The position numbers and the translations under genes are program-made. From Octopus sinensis (taxonomy: Eukaryota), in NCBI RefSeq assembly GCF_006345805.1, contig NC_042999.1, positions 135,904,001 through 135,968,000 of the forward strand: 64,000 bases of DNA, in the 5' to 3' direction. Below the pieces are notes generated by a model that saw nothing but the letters and a program-made list of their open reading frames with translations, did not search any database and was not told where the DNA came from. Below, one piece after another: positions 1 through 13,410 of the stretch (its first letter is position 1; the number at the start of each line of letters is the position of its first letter).

Positions 1-202
1 AAACCTCTTTAACCCCTTAATGAAAATCTTGATTATGAAACCAAGTGAACCTAATCAATATGATTTGTATTAACATTATATCCCAATACTGGGATAAATA
101 AGGACAAGTTCACAAATGAATTGTTGAGTCAAAGTAAAGTCATAAGACATGTCCACAAGATATTCATCAGAAGACAGCTGTTTGCTAGGTGGAAAATATT
201 CA

Positions 203-490
203 TCAGATGTAACAGTGTCTGAAGTTAGCTGTTTCCCAGACACAACAGTGTCAGAAGCTAGCAGTCCACAAGATATAGCAGTGCCAGAGGACAGACATCA
301 GTCAGATGTAGCAGTGTCATATGACAACCAAAATGTAGCACAGTCAAGAGATAGATATCTACTGGATGTAGAAGTCTCAAAGAACAAATATAGACCAGAT
401 GTGTGGTGTAAGAAGACAATCACCCACCAGATGTAGTAGTATCAAAACAAAACCATCTACCAGATGTTGCGGTGTCAGAACAACATCTAT
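203..490 (+). repeat. Degenerate 33-bp tandem repeat, about 9 units, reading as an 11-codon (P/S)DV(A/V)VSE-like peptide repeat
   Basis: cagatgtagcagtgtca-like motif recurs about every 33 nt. ORF 149..436 reads SDVTVSEVSCF/PDTTVSEASSP/QDIAVPEDRHQ/SDVAVSYDN; after a frameshift near 401 it reads PDVVVSKQNHL/PDVAVSEQHL. Confidence 0.7.
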
Positions 491-1093
491 ACTATGCAAA
501 CGGTAATTTTTCCTATTTGTAATCATTACATGTTTATGCTATGTATGCTATATGCTGCCCAACTTAAAATACAGCACCATATAAAAAAGTGATCAGGGCT
601 CCGAAAATGTTGGAAAATTTTCTTCTAACATATAAGAAAAGATGACTATAACACATCAACTATTTCTGATTTACATCTTTCAGTCAGCCAATGTTGGATG
701 GATCTAACAATTTTCAACAATCTTATAAAATCTAAGATGGCCTTTAGGAAGAAAAATAAGATGTAAAAAATACATTGGCAATATATAACTGATTCTTTTA
801 CTCAATAACCAAATTTATCCTTGGGTATGTATTGTCTGCAATATTTCCAGACTGAATTCAGATGGCTATTAAATTGATTGTTAGATTTTATTTCATTTTC
901 AGTCCTCAGCTTTTGATCTACTGTCTACATCCTTTGCATATCGTCATTACTACATAAGTTTCTGCCTCACTTAACTATCTAGATATATCAAACTACAAAC
1001 AAATTTCTTCCTTGTACTCATCGAGCTCCAGACATCTCATAATCCTCTCTACAACATGAAGATATAGTCTCTACATGGTTGTTCAACTAACTA

Positions 1094-1660
1094 TTCGGTT
1101 GTCCAGAAAGTTTGTGCCGATTTTTAAAGGAAAGAGAAAAGTCAATAAATACTTGCCATTACATTTTTATTCAATCAAATGTGAACCATTTTGTTGCACA
1201 ATGCATCTCCATCTTTCCTTTAACTTGAAAATACCCACTTCCCAGAATTGAGGTAGTTTCATGGCAAAGAATTCATCAAGGCATCTTTTTATGTTATCCA
1301 AGGAATTGGAATTTTTACCATTAAGACTATTCTGCAGAGACCTGAATAAGTAGAAATCCGAAGGAGCAATATCTGGTGAATATGGAGGGTGAGGTAACAC
1401 ATCCCAGCCGAGCTGCAGCAATTTTTGTCTGGTTCCCAAAGCATCATGTACCGAAAATCAACTTTTTTTATCTTCCATTTTAAAGGGTTACAGAATTAAC
1501 ACAGGTTATAGGAACATAAACATTCTTCCACGAAAAGACAGCTTAAACTGTGCTCTAAATGGCGGTGTAGTCAAATCCTATTTTATGGACTCAACCATGT
1601 TCTAAAATAAGTCGAAAGGTAAGCTACTATATTTCGGCACAAACTTTCTGGACAACCCAA
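1094..1660 (-). mobile_element. Internally deleted mariner element (567 bp)
   Basis: 27-bp TIRs (ttcggttgtccagaaagtttgtgccga; 1 mismatch), TA at 1092-1093 and 1661-1662. ORF 1167..1439 carries the mariner C-terminus LPHPPYSPDIAPSDFYLF. Confidence 0.95.
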
Positions 1661-2693
1661 TAGAAACAGCAACTAAATTACTCTTCAATCACATTCTACA
1701 TCTTAAAAAGCAAGAAAGATACATTGAATAATCTAGACCTAGACACTCTTAGTTTGAAAACATAATGTGTTGATCATGACAGGAATCCCTTTGGTTATAG
1801 ATTTGATGGATTAAAGTTGACTTGTGGCTAAACAACAGTGACAATCACAACATCCTATTTATTGTACTTTTCAAAAGCTTTATGCAAAACTTTATGCAAA
1901 ACAGTAATTCTTTTAAAGAAGTATAATTATTCTGTCCTCTCTTCTGTAGTAATTTCAGATCATTTAAAAGCAACAACTTTTTACATTCTGAGTTCAAAGT
2001 CTATTGATGTCAACTTTATTTTGGGAGAAAATGCCAGAGCTGTTAGTGCATCAAGTAAAATGCCTTGCAATATTTATTCCAAATTTTTACATACTGAGTT
2101 CAAACCCAACCAATGTCAACTCTGCCTTTCATCTTCCTGGGTTGACAAATAAAGTACCAGTTTAGGGCAGTGGACTTGCAGAATTGTTCAAGCATTGGAT
2201 GGGATATTTGACAATATTTGCTCTAGGTCTTTATTATCTGAGTTCAAACTTTGTTGTGACTAACTTGGGTGGTAGACTTAATTCATTGTACCATTGAGTA
2301 TCACCACCTGACCATTTGGTGCCTTTAGTGAAGTTACTCTGTTGCAAACATTTGGGTCAGTTTTCTGGTTTGTGGACACTTTCTTCTCTTGCTCTCATCA
2401 GTCATGTAGGTCTCATGAAAGGTCATGGGCACTCTTATTTCTGACTAAGTGATAAAAAATCCTGAATAACTTCTAATCATATTAACTTTACTTAATTTTC
2501 CTAACATTCTATTTTAAAATCGATCAAACAATGAATTTAACTTTGTTTAGTTAGACAGAAAAATATGAACAAAATACTCTCTAATGGCATACTTTATAAA
2601 CTCTAAAAAGAAACAAATCCACTGATATCATTAAACATATCTGTATTCAATATTTTGAATTGTTATTTTTACAACAGCAATATATATATATAT

Positions 2694-3055
2694 ATTCTTT
2701 TATTTGTTTTAATCATCTGAATGTGGCTATGCTGGAGTAGAGCCTTTATTCGATGAAATCCACCCCAGGACTTATTCTTTGTAAGCCTAGTACTTGCCGA
2801 GCCACTATGTTACAGGGATGTAAACACGCCAGCATCAGTTGTCAAGCGATGTTGGGGAGACAAACATACACACACACACACAGATATATATACGACGGGC
2901 TTCTTTCAGTTTCCATCTACCAAATCCACTTACGAGGCATTGGTCAGCCCAAGGCTATAGTAGAAGACACTTGCCCAAGGTGCCACACAGTGGGACTGAA
3001 CCCAGAACCATATGGTTGGTAAGCAAGCCACTTACCACACAGCCACTCCTGTGCC

Positions 3056-3056
<1 letters not shown>
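2694..3056 (-). mobile_element. tRNA-derived SINE, family A
   Basis: Minus-strand head with A-box-like tggctgtgtgg and B-box-like ggttcagtccc, core cttgggcaagtgtcttctactatagcc and internal (CA)/(TA) tract; same family recurs many times in the window. Confidence 0.9.
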
Positions 3057-3150
<94 letters not shown>

Positions 3151-4872
3151 ATGCATGATTTAGTGGTTAGGGTGTAGCATTTATGATCTAGCAATTGTGA
3201 TTTTAATTCCTAGATTTCCTCTCATGTTGCTTGGCAATCTCTTCAACACCTGATGTTTAGTACACCATGCACCTGTTCAGACAATGTCAATTTGATGCTG
3301 AAAGTGAGGTAATGTGCAGCATGGACATTTGATCACTATAAACAAATCATTTGTGCAGGTCGTTTGGCAAAAGCTGAACACTCACACATCATCTTTGACA
3401 GGTGAGTCTATCATATATGTGTGTGTGTGTGTTATTAGTTATAATACTACTTCTTATTGCTACAAAGTGATAAAATAAAGAAAATATAAAAATTGCATAT
3501 CAATTTTCAAAGGTTACAAAGATTCCACCATAATGCAATTGTATCAACCATAGCACATGAACTCAGACCAGATTACAGATCAAACAAGTGCAACTCACCA
3601 TTGCAAACAGACTTCCAAAGAATTGTGCAAAGATTAGCAATAATAAAAAATAGTTTTTTCCTCCCATCTCAGCAATTGATATTGAAATTGATATTTTTCT
3701 GATATTTTTTTTGGTTAAAAAAAATTTATTTCACATGAAATTTTTCATTAAACATTTCATGGCTGGGCAACCTTACTAATACCAACTATTCAATCGTTAA
3801 ATAGAAGACAATTATAAAACAAATGTTTAATCAAAATGGCTAAGACACGTTAGTGAAGAAATGAATAATTTAAAGGAATCAGCAGTTGTAAAATTTACTA
3901 TTGATTCAGTGAAAACGATTGGTGTTTAATAATTTTAAAATAATTTTGGTTGTTACCATTTAAATTGAGAGTCACATTCAAAAACAATATTACTGATCTA
4001 TAATGAAAAATTATTGTAAAATTTTAAATTGATTTCAACAGCAGATTTACTCCATATGAGAGAAGAATGTTAATTGGAAATCTAAAGCTATCTAACACAT
4101 CCTGTAGTTTGAAGGTTTAGATAATCTGACTGATTGACTAATGATATCCTTGTAGCTTTTAAGACAAAACTATTGATGTTTCAAATAATCCTGAACATAA
4201 CAAGTCTATGGTGTTTTGATCTTAACACCATATCTTTATCGTTCTCTTTAATCATTTGTTTCACTGAACACAATAAAGTTCACTACAGTAATTAACCTGC
4301 AACTGAAACTAATAGATAAAAAGAATAACAGATGTTATGTGAGATACTTTTGATGAAAAGTATGCTATTATTACTTTGTACCAGACCAACATTATGGAAC
4401 TACCACTGGAGTAATGGATCATTGCCAAATACAAAGTAACAATTTACATGGAGATGATTTGGTTTTTAGACACACTAATACAGTACCTGGTCAGTTATAT
4501 ACCAGAGTGATATTCTTAATATTCACTTCTTTTGTACCAACAACAAAGGCTTTTTTTCATGTTGCCATCTCTTTGCTAATTTCAGTGATCAAAGTTTTAC
4601 AATATAAACTTATCATATGTGGTAGCTGAGAATGGGAGTAGATGGAGGAGGGTCAAAGCAGCATAGATTATGACAATAGATTAAAAATTATCATTCATAG
4701 AATAATGATATATATGCTATAATACAGATAAAAAAGATAACCAAGCTGGTTATGATGGAAAATGAAAAAAAACAACAAAAAAAAACAAGATTACACACTC
4801 ACACAAATCTTGGTACATAAACACACACATTTTTACATGCACGTTCTTTCTCTATCTCATGCTCTTTCTCTT

Positions 4873-4908
<36 letters not shown>

Positions 4909-5237
4909 TCACACATACATTCTCTCTCTCACACATATGGTAACATGTTTCTTTTGTTAGTTTACACACTAAAATGAAACACCTAATAATAATAAAGTGA
5001 GATAGATAGATAGAGAGAGTGAGAGTGAGAGAGACAGAGACAGAGACAGAGAGAGCAGAAGAGACAGTCAAAAAGAGACACATCCAGAATAAGAGAAATA
5101 AACGAAATAAGATACGTATCTTCATTGATGACAACAAAAAAAGAAATGTTAGAGGTCAGTAGTAACATTCCAGTATGTCTAATTTTCCTCATTTTCTCTT
5201 ATAAATTCTCCCTCTCTACGTGCACATGCAGGCACAC

Positions 5238-5279
<42 letters not shown>

Positions 5280-6175
5280 TTGGCCTGATGCAGACAACAT
5301 TTGCTGTAAAACAGTTGGTGAGCGAAAGAGCATCCAGTCATAGCAACAAACATTGTTAGTTTTTTTCCCTGTTGTTGTGTATGAGAGATGATAAAAGAGC
5401 ATGGTAAGTGGCAAGCTACTGTGACAGTGATGATGTTTACAACACAGACACACACATACAATTTATTTGCAGCTGAAAAATAGATAGAACTGGGAATGTA
5501 ATTAGCAGAGAGTAAAAATGCTTAAATATTATAAGTGCTAGTTGATTAATATGGAATAATACAGGAATATTAGCAGTGAAAGGTACACTGATATAGTCAT
5601 CATTTGAAAATGAGGGGTGGGGCTGTCTAACATAGATAAGAATAGTTTATACATGGCAATGTATTAGGCATTAGAACACTGATATATGTTAGCTAGTCAG
5701 GTGGCCTTTTCTTTTTTACTTAAGTCATTAAGAAGAAGTTTACTTTATACTCCAAGTGTAAAATATGAACCTCAGATTAGGCATTAGAATACTGACTGTA
5801 TATGTTAGCTTGTCAGCTGACCATTGTTTTTATTTAAGACATCAAGATGTGTGGGAAGATGGTTGATAGTTGATGGTGGATTGAACTCTGCTATAGTAAC
5901 TATAGACACGAATATATTCCACTGAAACAGCTTGATTCATGTCATTATAATGAGTGTAGTGTAATAAAAGTAATCTCAGCTTACATAACCTAATACAAAG
6001 TATGATTGCATGACGACAATAAAAGGCATATTTGACAAGAGAGAATTCCATAACTATCGTCATGTTGCCATTTGCAAAAGCTGAGCAGATACACTGTAAA
6101 CAAAAAAGCCTGTTAGCTATGGGTACATTTCATTAACACAGCTTTGCTGGAGCACTCTGAAATTCATATATTTTT

Positions 6176-6379
6176 TTATTCTTTTATTTGTTTCAGTCAT
6201 TTGACTGCGGCCATGCTGGAGCACTGCCTTTAGTTGAACAAGTCGACCCCAGGACTTATTCTTTGTAAGCCTATCGATCTCTTTTGCCACTAAGTTACAG
6301 GGATGTAAATACACCAACATCAGTTGTCAAGCAATGGTGTGGGTACAAACCAGACACACAAATACACACACACACACAC

Positions 6380-6411
<32 letters not shown>

Positions 6412-6568
6412 GATGGGCTTCTTTCAGTTTCTATCAACCAAATCCACTCACAAGGTTGGCCTGAGGCTATAGTAGAAGACACTTGCCCAAGATGCCATGC
6501 AGTGAAACTGAACCCAGAACCATGTAGTTAGGAAGTAAGCTTCTTACCACACAGCCACTCCTGCACCT
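6176..6568 (-). mobile_element. tRNA-derived SINE, family A
   Basis: Near full-length match to the 49801-50217 copy. Confidence 0.9.
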
Positions 6569-7902
6569 AGATGTTGAGGGAAGAAAAAAAGCTGTTAACA
6601 ATATTAACTGTAATAGATTGGTAGTGGTAGTTTCAAGATGTAACCAGTTGTTAGCATATATATGGTAGTTTAGACATCAGGTTAACTAAACACAGGTTGA
6701 AGCCTTTGTTTAATGACAGCTACATAGGAAGGCATGAGCTCTTATATCATTACTAACATTCTCCATAGTAACATAGTTAGAATTTAACAAGATATTGAAG
6801 CCATGCTAATTAAAAGAAGGAAATTTGAAGCAGGCTCTAGTTGAAAGCAGTAAACGTTGTCCAGGAACATAAACTTGGCTGTTGCAAAACATTGGAGGCT
6901 CGAAAGCAAACAAAATTTTAAAATGTTTTAATCATTTGCTAATAAAATTTTAAAATTCATTATAAACTGTATTCTATGGATTTTATTAAAGATATTAAAG
7001 TATTTTAGAATGTTTTAATGGTAAATAAATGTCAATATTATATTAGCCTTTATATGTTTTTTAAAACTTATTGCATATAAACTCATTATAAAATGTATTA
7101 TATTGAATTTATTAAATATATTCATATTTTTTAATAAATTCAATATAAGTATATAGTTTCTTTTCATAAGCATATACTTTCTTTCACTCAAATTCTAATG
7201 AAACAACTAATGCACTGCATTTAGAAGATTCAGATTTATATTGAAGTGGTGTTGTAAATGCTATGAACAGCCATCAGCTAAGTTCAATTCAGTTGTTGGG
7301 TAAAGAGTATTACCTTTACAACAAATATTAAAAAAATTTAATAGGTATATATACTTATGCCTAGGTTTCAAACATATTTAATTTTTATAAATATATAGTA
7401 ATCTATCAAAAAACAGCACCCATTAACAGGGTATTAGAGATTGTAGTAATGAACTTACAATATCCCCCACCATCCTTTTCCAGTGATGCTGAATGAAAAA
7501 CACAGTTATAAACTTAAAAATGAACATGTTTATTTGGTGGGGAGAAAGGCATCTTGTATAATGAGTATTGTCTGAAACATTCTAAGTCAAAATTTGGCAG
7601 TTGTCCTATCCTACATGCCCAGTTACCTTATTGTCGACATACATGGTATGTAAAAAAATTAAAATGTATAATGAAAAATTGATGTACATTGGCATCTGGG
7701 CATATAAAGGAAGTAACTTGTAGCAATGAAATGTTTTAAAAATTGGAGATAAAAAAAGATGAAACAAAAACTATGGTCTTGTTCCAGTTTTAGTAGATTT
7801 TGCTGTTTCAATTAGTCATTCGGATATATGTAATTATAAAGTAAGAACTTCAAACAATGTCTGCACTATATAAGCTCATTTGAGCTACTGCTATCTTTCT
7901 TT

Positions 7903-8250
7903 CATCTTTTACTTGTTTTAATCATGCTGGGGTACCACCTTGAAAGGTTCATTCGAACAAATCAATGACACCAGTACTTATTCTCTTTTAAGCCTGGTAC
8001 TTATTCTGTCACTCCTTTACCGAACTGCTAAGTTGCAGGGAAGTAAACACACCAACACTGGTTGTCAAGCAATGGTAAGGAACATACACACACACACACA
8101 CACACACAGAAGACAGGCTTCTTTCAGTTTTCATTTACCAAATCCACTCACTAGTCTTTGATTGGCTTGCAAAGGTGCTATGCAGTGGGACCGAACTTGG
8201 GACCATGTGGTTAGAAAGCAAACGTCTTACCAGGCAGCCATACCTGTGCT
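7903..8250 (-). mobile_element. tRNA-derived SINE, family A (diverged)
   Basis: Same head, core and tail motifs as the other family A copies. Confidence 0.85.
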
Positions 8251-9113
8251 TATATTGATAAAAACGAATTTTAAAGCAATTTTAGGGCAGACCAATGTAA
8301 GTCTGTGAGGTACTATAATTGTTAGGTTTAGCACAATAGATTAGAGCTTTGAATAGACAATTACTGTTAAGGGGGAAATTACTTTGTGGTTACAAATATG
8401 GGAAAAAAACTATATTATTGTTGAAGGATAGGTTTCCAGAATTGAAATGCTTAATGTAAATCACTTATTCTAACTGTAGTTCTGTAAAAAGCTTATAATA
8501 TATATGATTTGTCAGAAAATGAAAGGAAAGAAGTTAAATTTGAGATGCTTCAGACAATGTAAATGTGAAAATTTAGACTATATACTGGATTATATCTTAG
8601 AATGCTTTGTTCTTATGCTTTGAATCATTGGTGTAGGTCATGTATTGCATTTTAGCTGAGTGATTACTATCATGAAGTGCCTTACTATAATAATGAAAAG
8701 CACAAATGAATGCAACCTTATCTGAAAATAAATAGGATATACTGTATATTAACCAATGTTTAAATTTCTAAGAGTAGAAGCAGGCAGTTTGAATCCTTAT
8801 TTGTATAAAATAGTCTCTCAGTAAGTTTTTGGTAGGAGGAACATTTATTTATCTCTAAATTTAAAGTAATATAAAAACATATTAACAATGATAAAGCTAA
8901 TGTCAGCTTTGATTCTTGCACTTAAGTAACTCTATAAGATCTTTTCTAAATCTACCAAGCTCAAGAGTGTTCAAGTTATATGTGACTGTAAACCCATTGT
9001 TTCTGTGCAAATCTCCTTAGAAGATATGAAGTTCTTTTTATGAAGAATGTAAATTCCAGCAATTGTACATAATTCAGTTCCATTGTGGATTCTCAAGGAA
9101 AAATGGGTTTTCA

Positions 9114-9200
9114 AAATTTATGACACTTAGAGATCACAAAGTTAATTTCTTTAGTAATCCTAAATGCAGGTTAGTCAATCTCACTAAAACTGAGTTAGAT
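9114..9200 (+). pseudogene. Relic of a Penelope-like (Naiad-like) reverse transcriptase
   Basis: Translates KFMTLRDHKVNFFSNPKCRLVNLTKTELD, homologous to RITIKDHKENYLHNTQVILICPNKPDLG in the 24978..25280 ORF and to the KDHKENFxNNPKCRLINP motif of such elements. Confidence 0.7.
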
Positions 9201-9641
9201 GGTTCATGCATTTAGTCTCAATACAGATGTAGGAACTGTGATAAGGCTGATGGTAATGTTAGACATTGAATTACAACTAGGAAACACTTTATAATTCTAT
9301 ATTACTTATACTTATATAAACACTCCACTTTTAAGGAATTGAATTCTTTATTTGGCCTGGGAGTTAGGAGTTATTCTTGTCATTAATAGTAAGCCAATCA
9401 GTATATGTGTGTGTTTGTGTATACACATCTAGATATATATAGATCTAGATATACATACATTTAGATTTTTACACATTTAGATACATAAGCAGTGAATCAT
9501 TATTGAAAAATACTTTTAACAACAACAAAAACAACAACAGCAACAACGGTTTTAACTATAAATTGAAAACTGTTTACTTGAATCAGACCTCAACAGAACT
9601 TTCAGATTTTATTCTGTCATTTTCCCAACTCTGAATGGATT

Positions 9642-9673
<32 letters not shown>

Positions 9674-10281
9674 AACAACAACTCCATTATGAAAATACTA
9701 AAGTAAATACACTTTAAAATTTGTTTAGAATATCTTTAATATGTCTAGAGTACAATTTAAAAAAAATTTCTTTTTCCTCTAAACATTTTCGTATTAATTT
9801 TTCCTTAATCTATCATGGTTGGATAGTTGTATAAAGATAGATAAAAATGTGATCTTAAGGCAAATGTTTTTATAGTAGGATGTTGCTTCTAATGCATAAC
9901 TCAAGCACAAAGTAAAGATGTTATCTATTTTCAGATTGGTGATTTACACAGGGAAGAAAAATCTAATCTAGTGTATTAACCATTTTATATATTCATTTGG
10001 TAGAAATGAAAATGATAAACACAGTTTAAACCTTAATTCTTGCCACAAGCAAACCTAACGTGTTTTAGTGAAATACCATTTCTGTCAATCTTAGACTGTT
10101 TAGCAGTCTAACAGGCAACCAGTTTACAACAATATTGAGTCTTGCAGAGAAGGGAGTTGCTCAGAGCACAACAATATTTTATTGCCCAAAAAAGACATAA
10201 CAGTCAAGTTAATGTTATAGCTGAGCTTGATAAAATAGAGATTAGAGCAAGGTGTGCATAAAAAGAAGGGTATACCATATA

Positions 10282-11541
10282 CCAGGCTGCATTAAAGTTA
10301 TTTTGGATTTTCACTGACGGGAACTTGTATCTCTATGAGAGTAATTTTCTAAATGTATTTCCATGTTATATCATTAATTTGATACAACTTGTTGAATTGT
10401 TTCATCCTTATTTTTGTATGTAACTTATTGATATAAATTGTTTATTCTTTATTTTACTTTGGTAATGAGAGGTGAAAAATTTCAATTAGGGCTATTTTAC
10501 ACAACCTGTGGAAAAAAGGACTGAGGGCAAAAGAAATTAATGATGTACAATGCCCAGGATCTGTCAATGAATGTGTGGCACAAAACTGATTCCAGCATTT
10601 CAAGGAAGGTGACACCAGCCTTGAAGACAAATCAAAGTCCTGGAGATCTGTTGATGAAGATGAGGCCTTGCTTGAAATAGTTGAACAACAGCCAAGCACT
10701 TGTACACTGTCAATAGAACTTGGTCCTTCACAGAACACCATCAATCAATAGCTTGGCCTTGTGAAGAGATGCTGTCAAGAAGCTCCTCATGAACTAACCA
10801 ATGACCAGGCCCAATGATGTGAACATTTACAAACAACCACTGTCAAATCCTCAAGATGTCTGTTTTTGGTGTCAAATTGCAACTAGGGACGAAAAATAGA
10901 TCTATTTTTGTAATGCTAATAAGATAAACCAGTGGTTTTGCTCTGGCCAGGTTTCAGAACTTGTCAAACAAGGGCAGTTTGAACAGAAGGTTATGTTGTG
11001 TGTTTGGTGGAATTTTGATGGGTGTTGCACTTTGAGCTTGTCCCAGTTGTTCAAGCTGTGAATGCTAACCTTTATGCTCAACAACTGCAGCAAGTATATG
11101 TATGATGCTTTGAAAGCCCACTACCCAGCATTGTTCAATTGAAGACATGCATTCCTAAAGTATGACAATGTCCTTTCACACATTGGCAATGTAATCAAGT
11201 GCAAACTTGAGGGGCTGGAAGTGTTGCCTCACCTTACCTACAATCCAGATCATGTACCATTAGATTACCACCTTTCCTGAGCCATGGCTTGTTCCTGCAT
11301 GAATTGAGGTTCAACTATATGAGGTTGAAAATGGGTGCAAGGAGATTTTTTTACCTCTAAACCAGCCAAATGGTGTAAGTGTGGAATTGAACTTCTGGCA
11401 CAATGATGGCAACAGACAAAAGAATATGAAGGGATATATTCTGATAAATAAATGCCTTTCATAAGTAATTTGTTTGAACTTTTGATTAAAGCTTGAAATA
11501 CAAAAAAACAAAAAAAACAAAAAAATTTTGACTCAACCTGG
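10282..11541 (+). mobile_element. Full-length decayed mariner transposon (~1.26 kb)
   Basis: TA-flanked degenerate TIRs (ccaggctg / caacctgg). Broken transposase: RAILHNLWKKGLRAKEI, FQHFKEGDTSLEDK, QKVMLCVWWNFDG, EVLPHLTYNPD. Many stops and frameshifts. Confidence 0.9.
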
Positions 11542-12387
11542 TAGTATTCTATGAGAAGTAGTATTTGACATGAAAAGGCCAAGTGGGAGTTGAAATTGAA
11601 TATAAGGAGAATAACATAGATGGGTCATAAGAAAGGAAAAGTCAGTACATTCAAGAAGAGCTGGAGGGAAGACAGTGAGAGAAGAGAAGAGTTCATTATA
11701 GTTACAGTAGAAGAGGCATATGGAGAATACAGCATGATGATAAGCCAGGGATGAAATAAGTTTGGCTTACTGATCAAGTGATGTAGTTACCAAGAATCCC
11801 TCCCAGCAGTTACAAGAATTTAAACTTATGTTCATATTAGAATTGAAGGAAACTATATAATTAAAAAGGAAATTATATGATTGAAAATTGTTGTTCATTT
11901 CAGGAAGTGTTATGATTAAAATATTTTAAATGGAAAGTGTACCATTCATTTTCAATTTAAATATATTCTCAAGTGAAATCATATGCTATTCTCAATGGAT
12001 AGCACAGCAAAGGCCTCTTAATAATCTGTGGTTGTTTTAGTTTAGTAATTATCCTTAAACAATGAGTAAAAACAGAATTTTAGTAAAATATAAAGTCAAA
12101 CTCTCACACTGACTGTACTACATATTTTTAATTAGATCTTTTCAATAAGCTAATCCACTGAATCACAATTATCATAAAAAGTTTGCAATTTTACCTGGAA
12201 AAGCGTATCAAAATCTTTTCTATTTGCAAACTTGCATATCAAAATCTTTCTGCTTCTTAACTGTTATTGAAAAAAAAAATGTTACTGAAAATTGCACAGA
12301 CAAAATTTAATCTCTTGCTAATTCATCAGCAAAAACACAAAGGCATTCTCTCTCTCTCACACACACACACACACTTATGTATGTATT

Positions 12388-12601
12388 CTTTTCTACTCTA
12401 GGTACAAGGCCCGAAATTTTGGGGAAGGGTGCCAGTCGATTAGATCGACCCCAGTACGCAACTGGTATTTAATTTATCAACCCTGAAAAGATGAAAGGCA
12501 AAATCGACCTCGGCGGAATTTGAACTCAGAACATAAAGGCAGATGAAATACCGCTAAGCATTTTGCCCGGCATACTAACATGTCTGCCAGCTCGCCGCCT
12601 T
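12388..12601 (-). mobile_element. SINE family B with 16-bp target site duplication
   Basis: Head ggcggcgagctggcag, B-box-like gagttcaaattcc, core gcctttcatc...gataaattaaataccag. TSD cacttatgtatgtatt at 12372-12387 and 12602-12617. Confidence 0.92.
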
Positions 12602-13071
12602 CACTTATGTATGTATTGGCCTACAAAATGTTTTTAGCTACCTGTTGAATTTTATTTTATTTTATTTTTATTATTAAGTATGTTTTCTCTTCTTTGCAAG
12701 TACATATATGAACTTGATTGTGTTTGGGTTAATTGTAATTTTAATTCAGTAAAACATAATGAAAACTGTTGGGAAAAAATATATAAATGAATTCACATCT
12801 AAGCAAGTCATTGGCTGATATCAATGTGGAAGTTCAATAGAGAAATAATTACTTGATTTTTTTTTTTGTAAAGATCATCAAACAATGAATAATATAGTGA
12901 AGTGCTGGGTTGAATAAAAGATATTATCAATTAAAAAAAAAAGTCTGGGAATATTAAGAGAGTTTCTGAGAGGGTAACGGCAGTTAAGAGGGAAGTTATT
13001 AAACAATGACTTGCAACTGATAGAGAGGTCGTAAATTCCAGGGATATATTACCATATTTTTTTGCTTTCTA

Positions 13072-13410
13072 TGGTTCAGTGGTTAGAGTGTTGGGCTCAC
13101 AATCATGAGGTAGTAATTTCGATTCCCAGACCAAGCTGTGTGTTGAGTTGTTGAACAAGACACTTTATTTCATGTTGCTCCAGTTCACTGAGCTGTAGAA
13201 ATAAGTTGTGCTGTCACCAGTGCCAAGCTGTATCGGCTTTTGCCTTTCCCTTGGATAACATCGCTGACATGGAGAGGGGACACTGGTATGCATGGGCACT
13301 GCTGGGCTTGCATAAATAATCTTGCCCAAACTGGCACCTCAGAGAGGTAAATATCAAGGTGCAATCCCATGGTCATTCATGACCAAAAGGGGTCTTTATC
13401 CTTATCCTTT
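13072..13410 (+). mobile_element. tRNA-derived SINE, family C
   Basis: A-box-like tggttcagtggttagag, B-box-like ttcgattccc, then gttgaacaagacacttt core. Similar tRNA-headed SINEs lie at about 29580-29920 (-) and 3150-3405 (+). Confidence 0.7.

Noticed and set aside
160-215. Two minus-strand CTGATGA motifs near a palindromic acagctgt
   Set aside because: CAAAC replaces GAAAC and there is no stem I; the motifs belong to the 33-bp repeat region.
4356-4629. ~90-codon stop-free frame containing HGDDLV; also partial frames at 7230-7310, 10095-10220 and 46450-46740
   Set aside because: No recognisable family and no consistent splice signals; such frames are expected at some rate in 64 kb.
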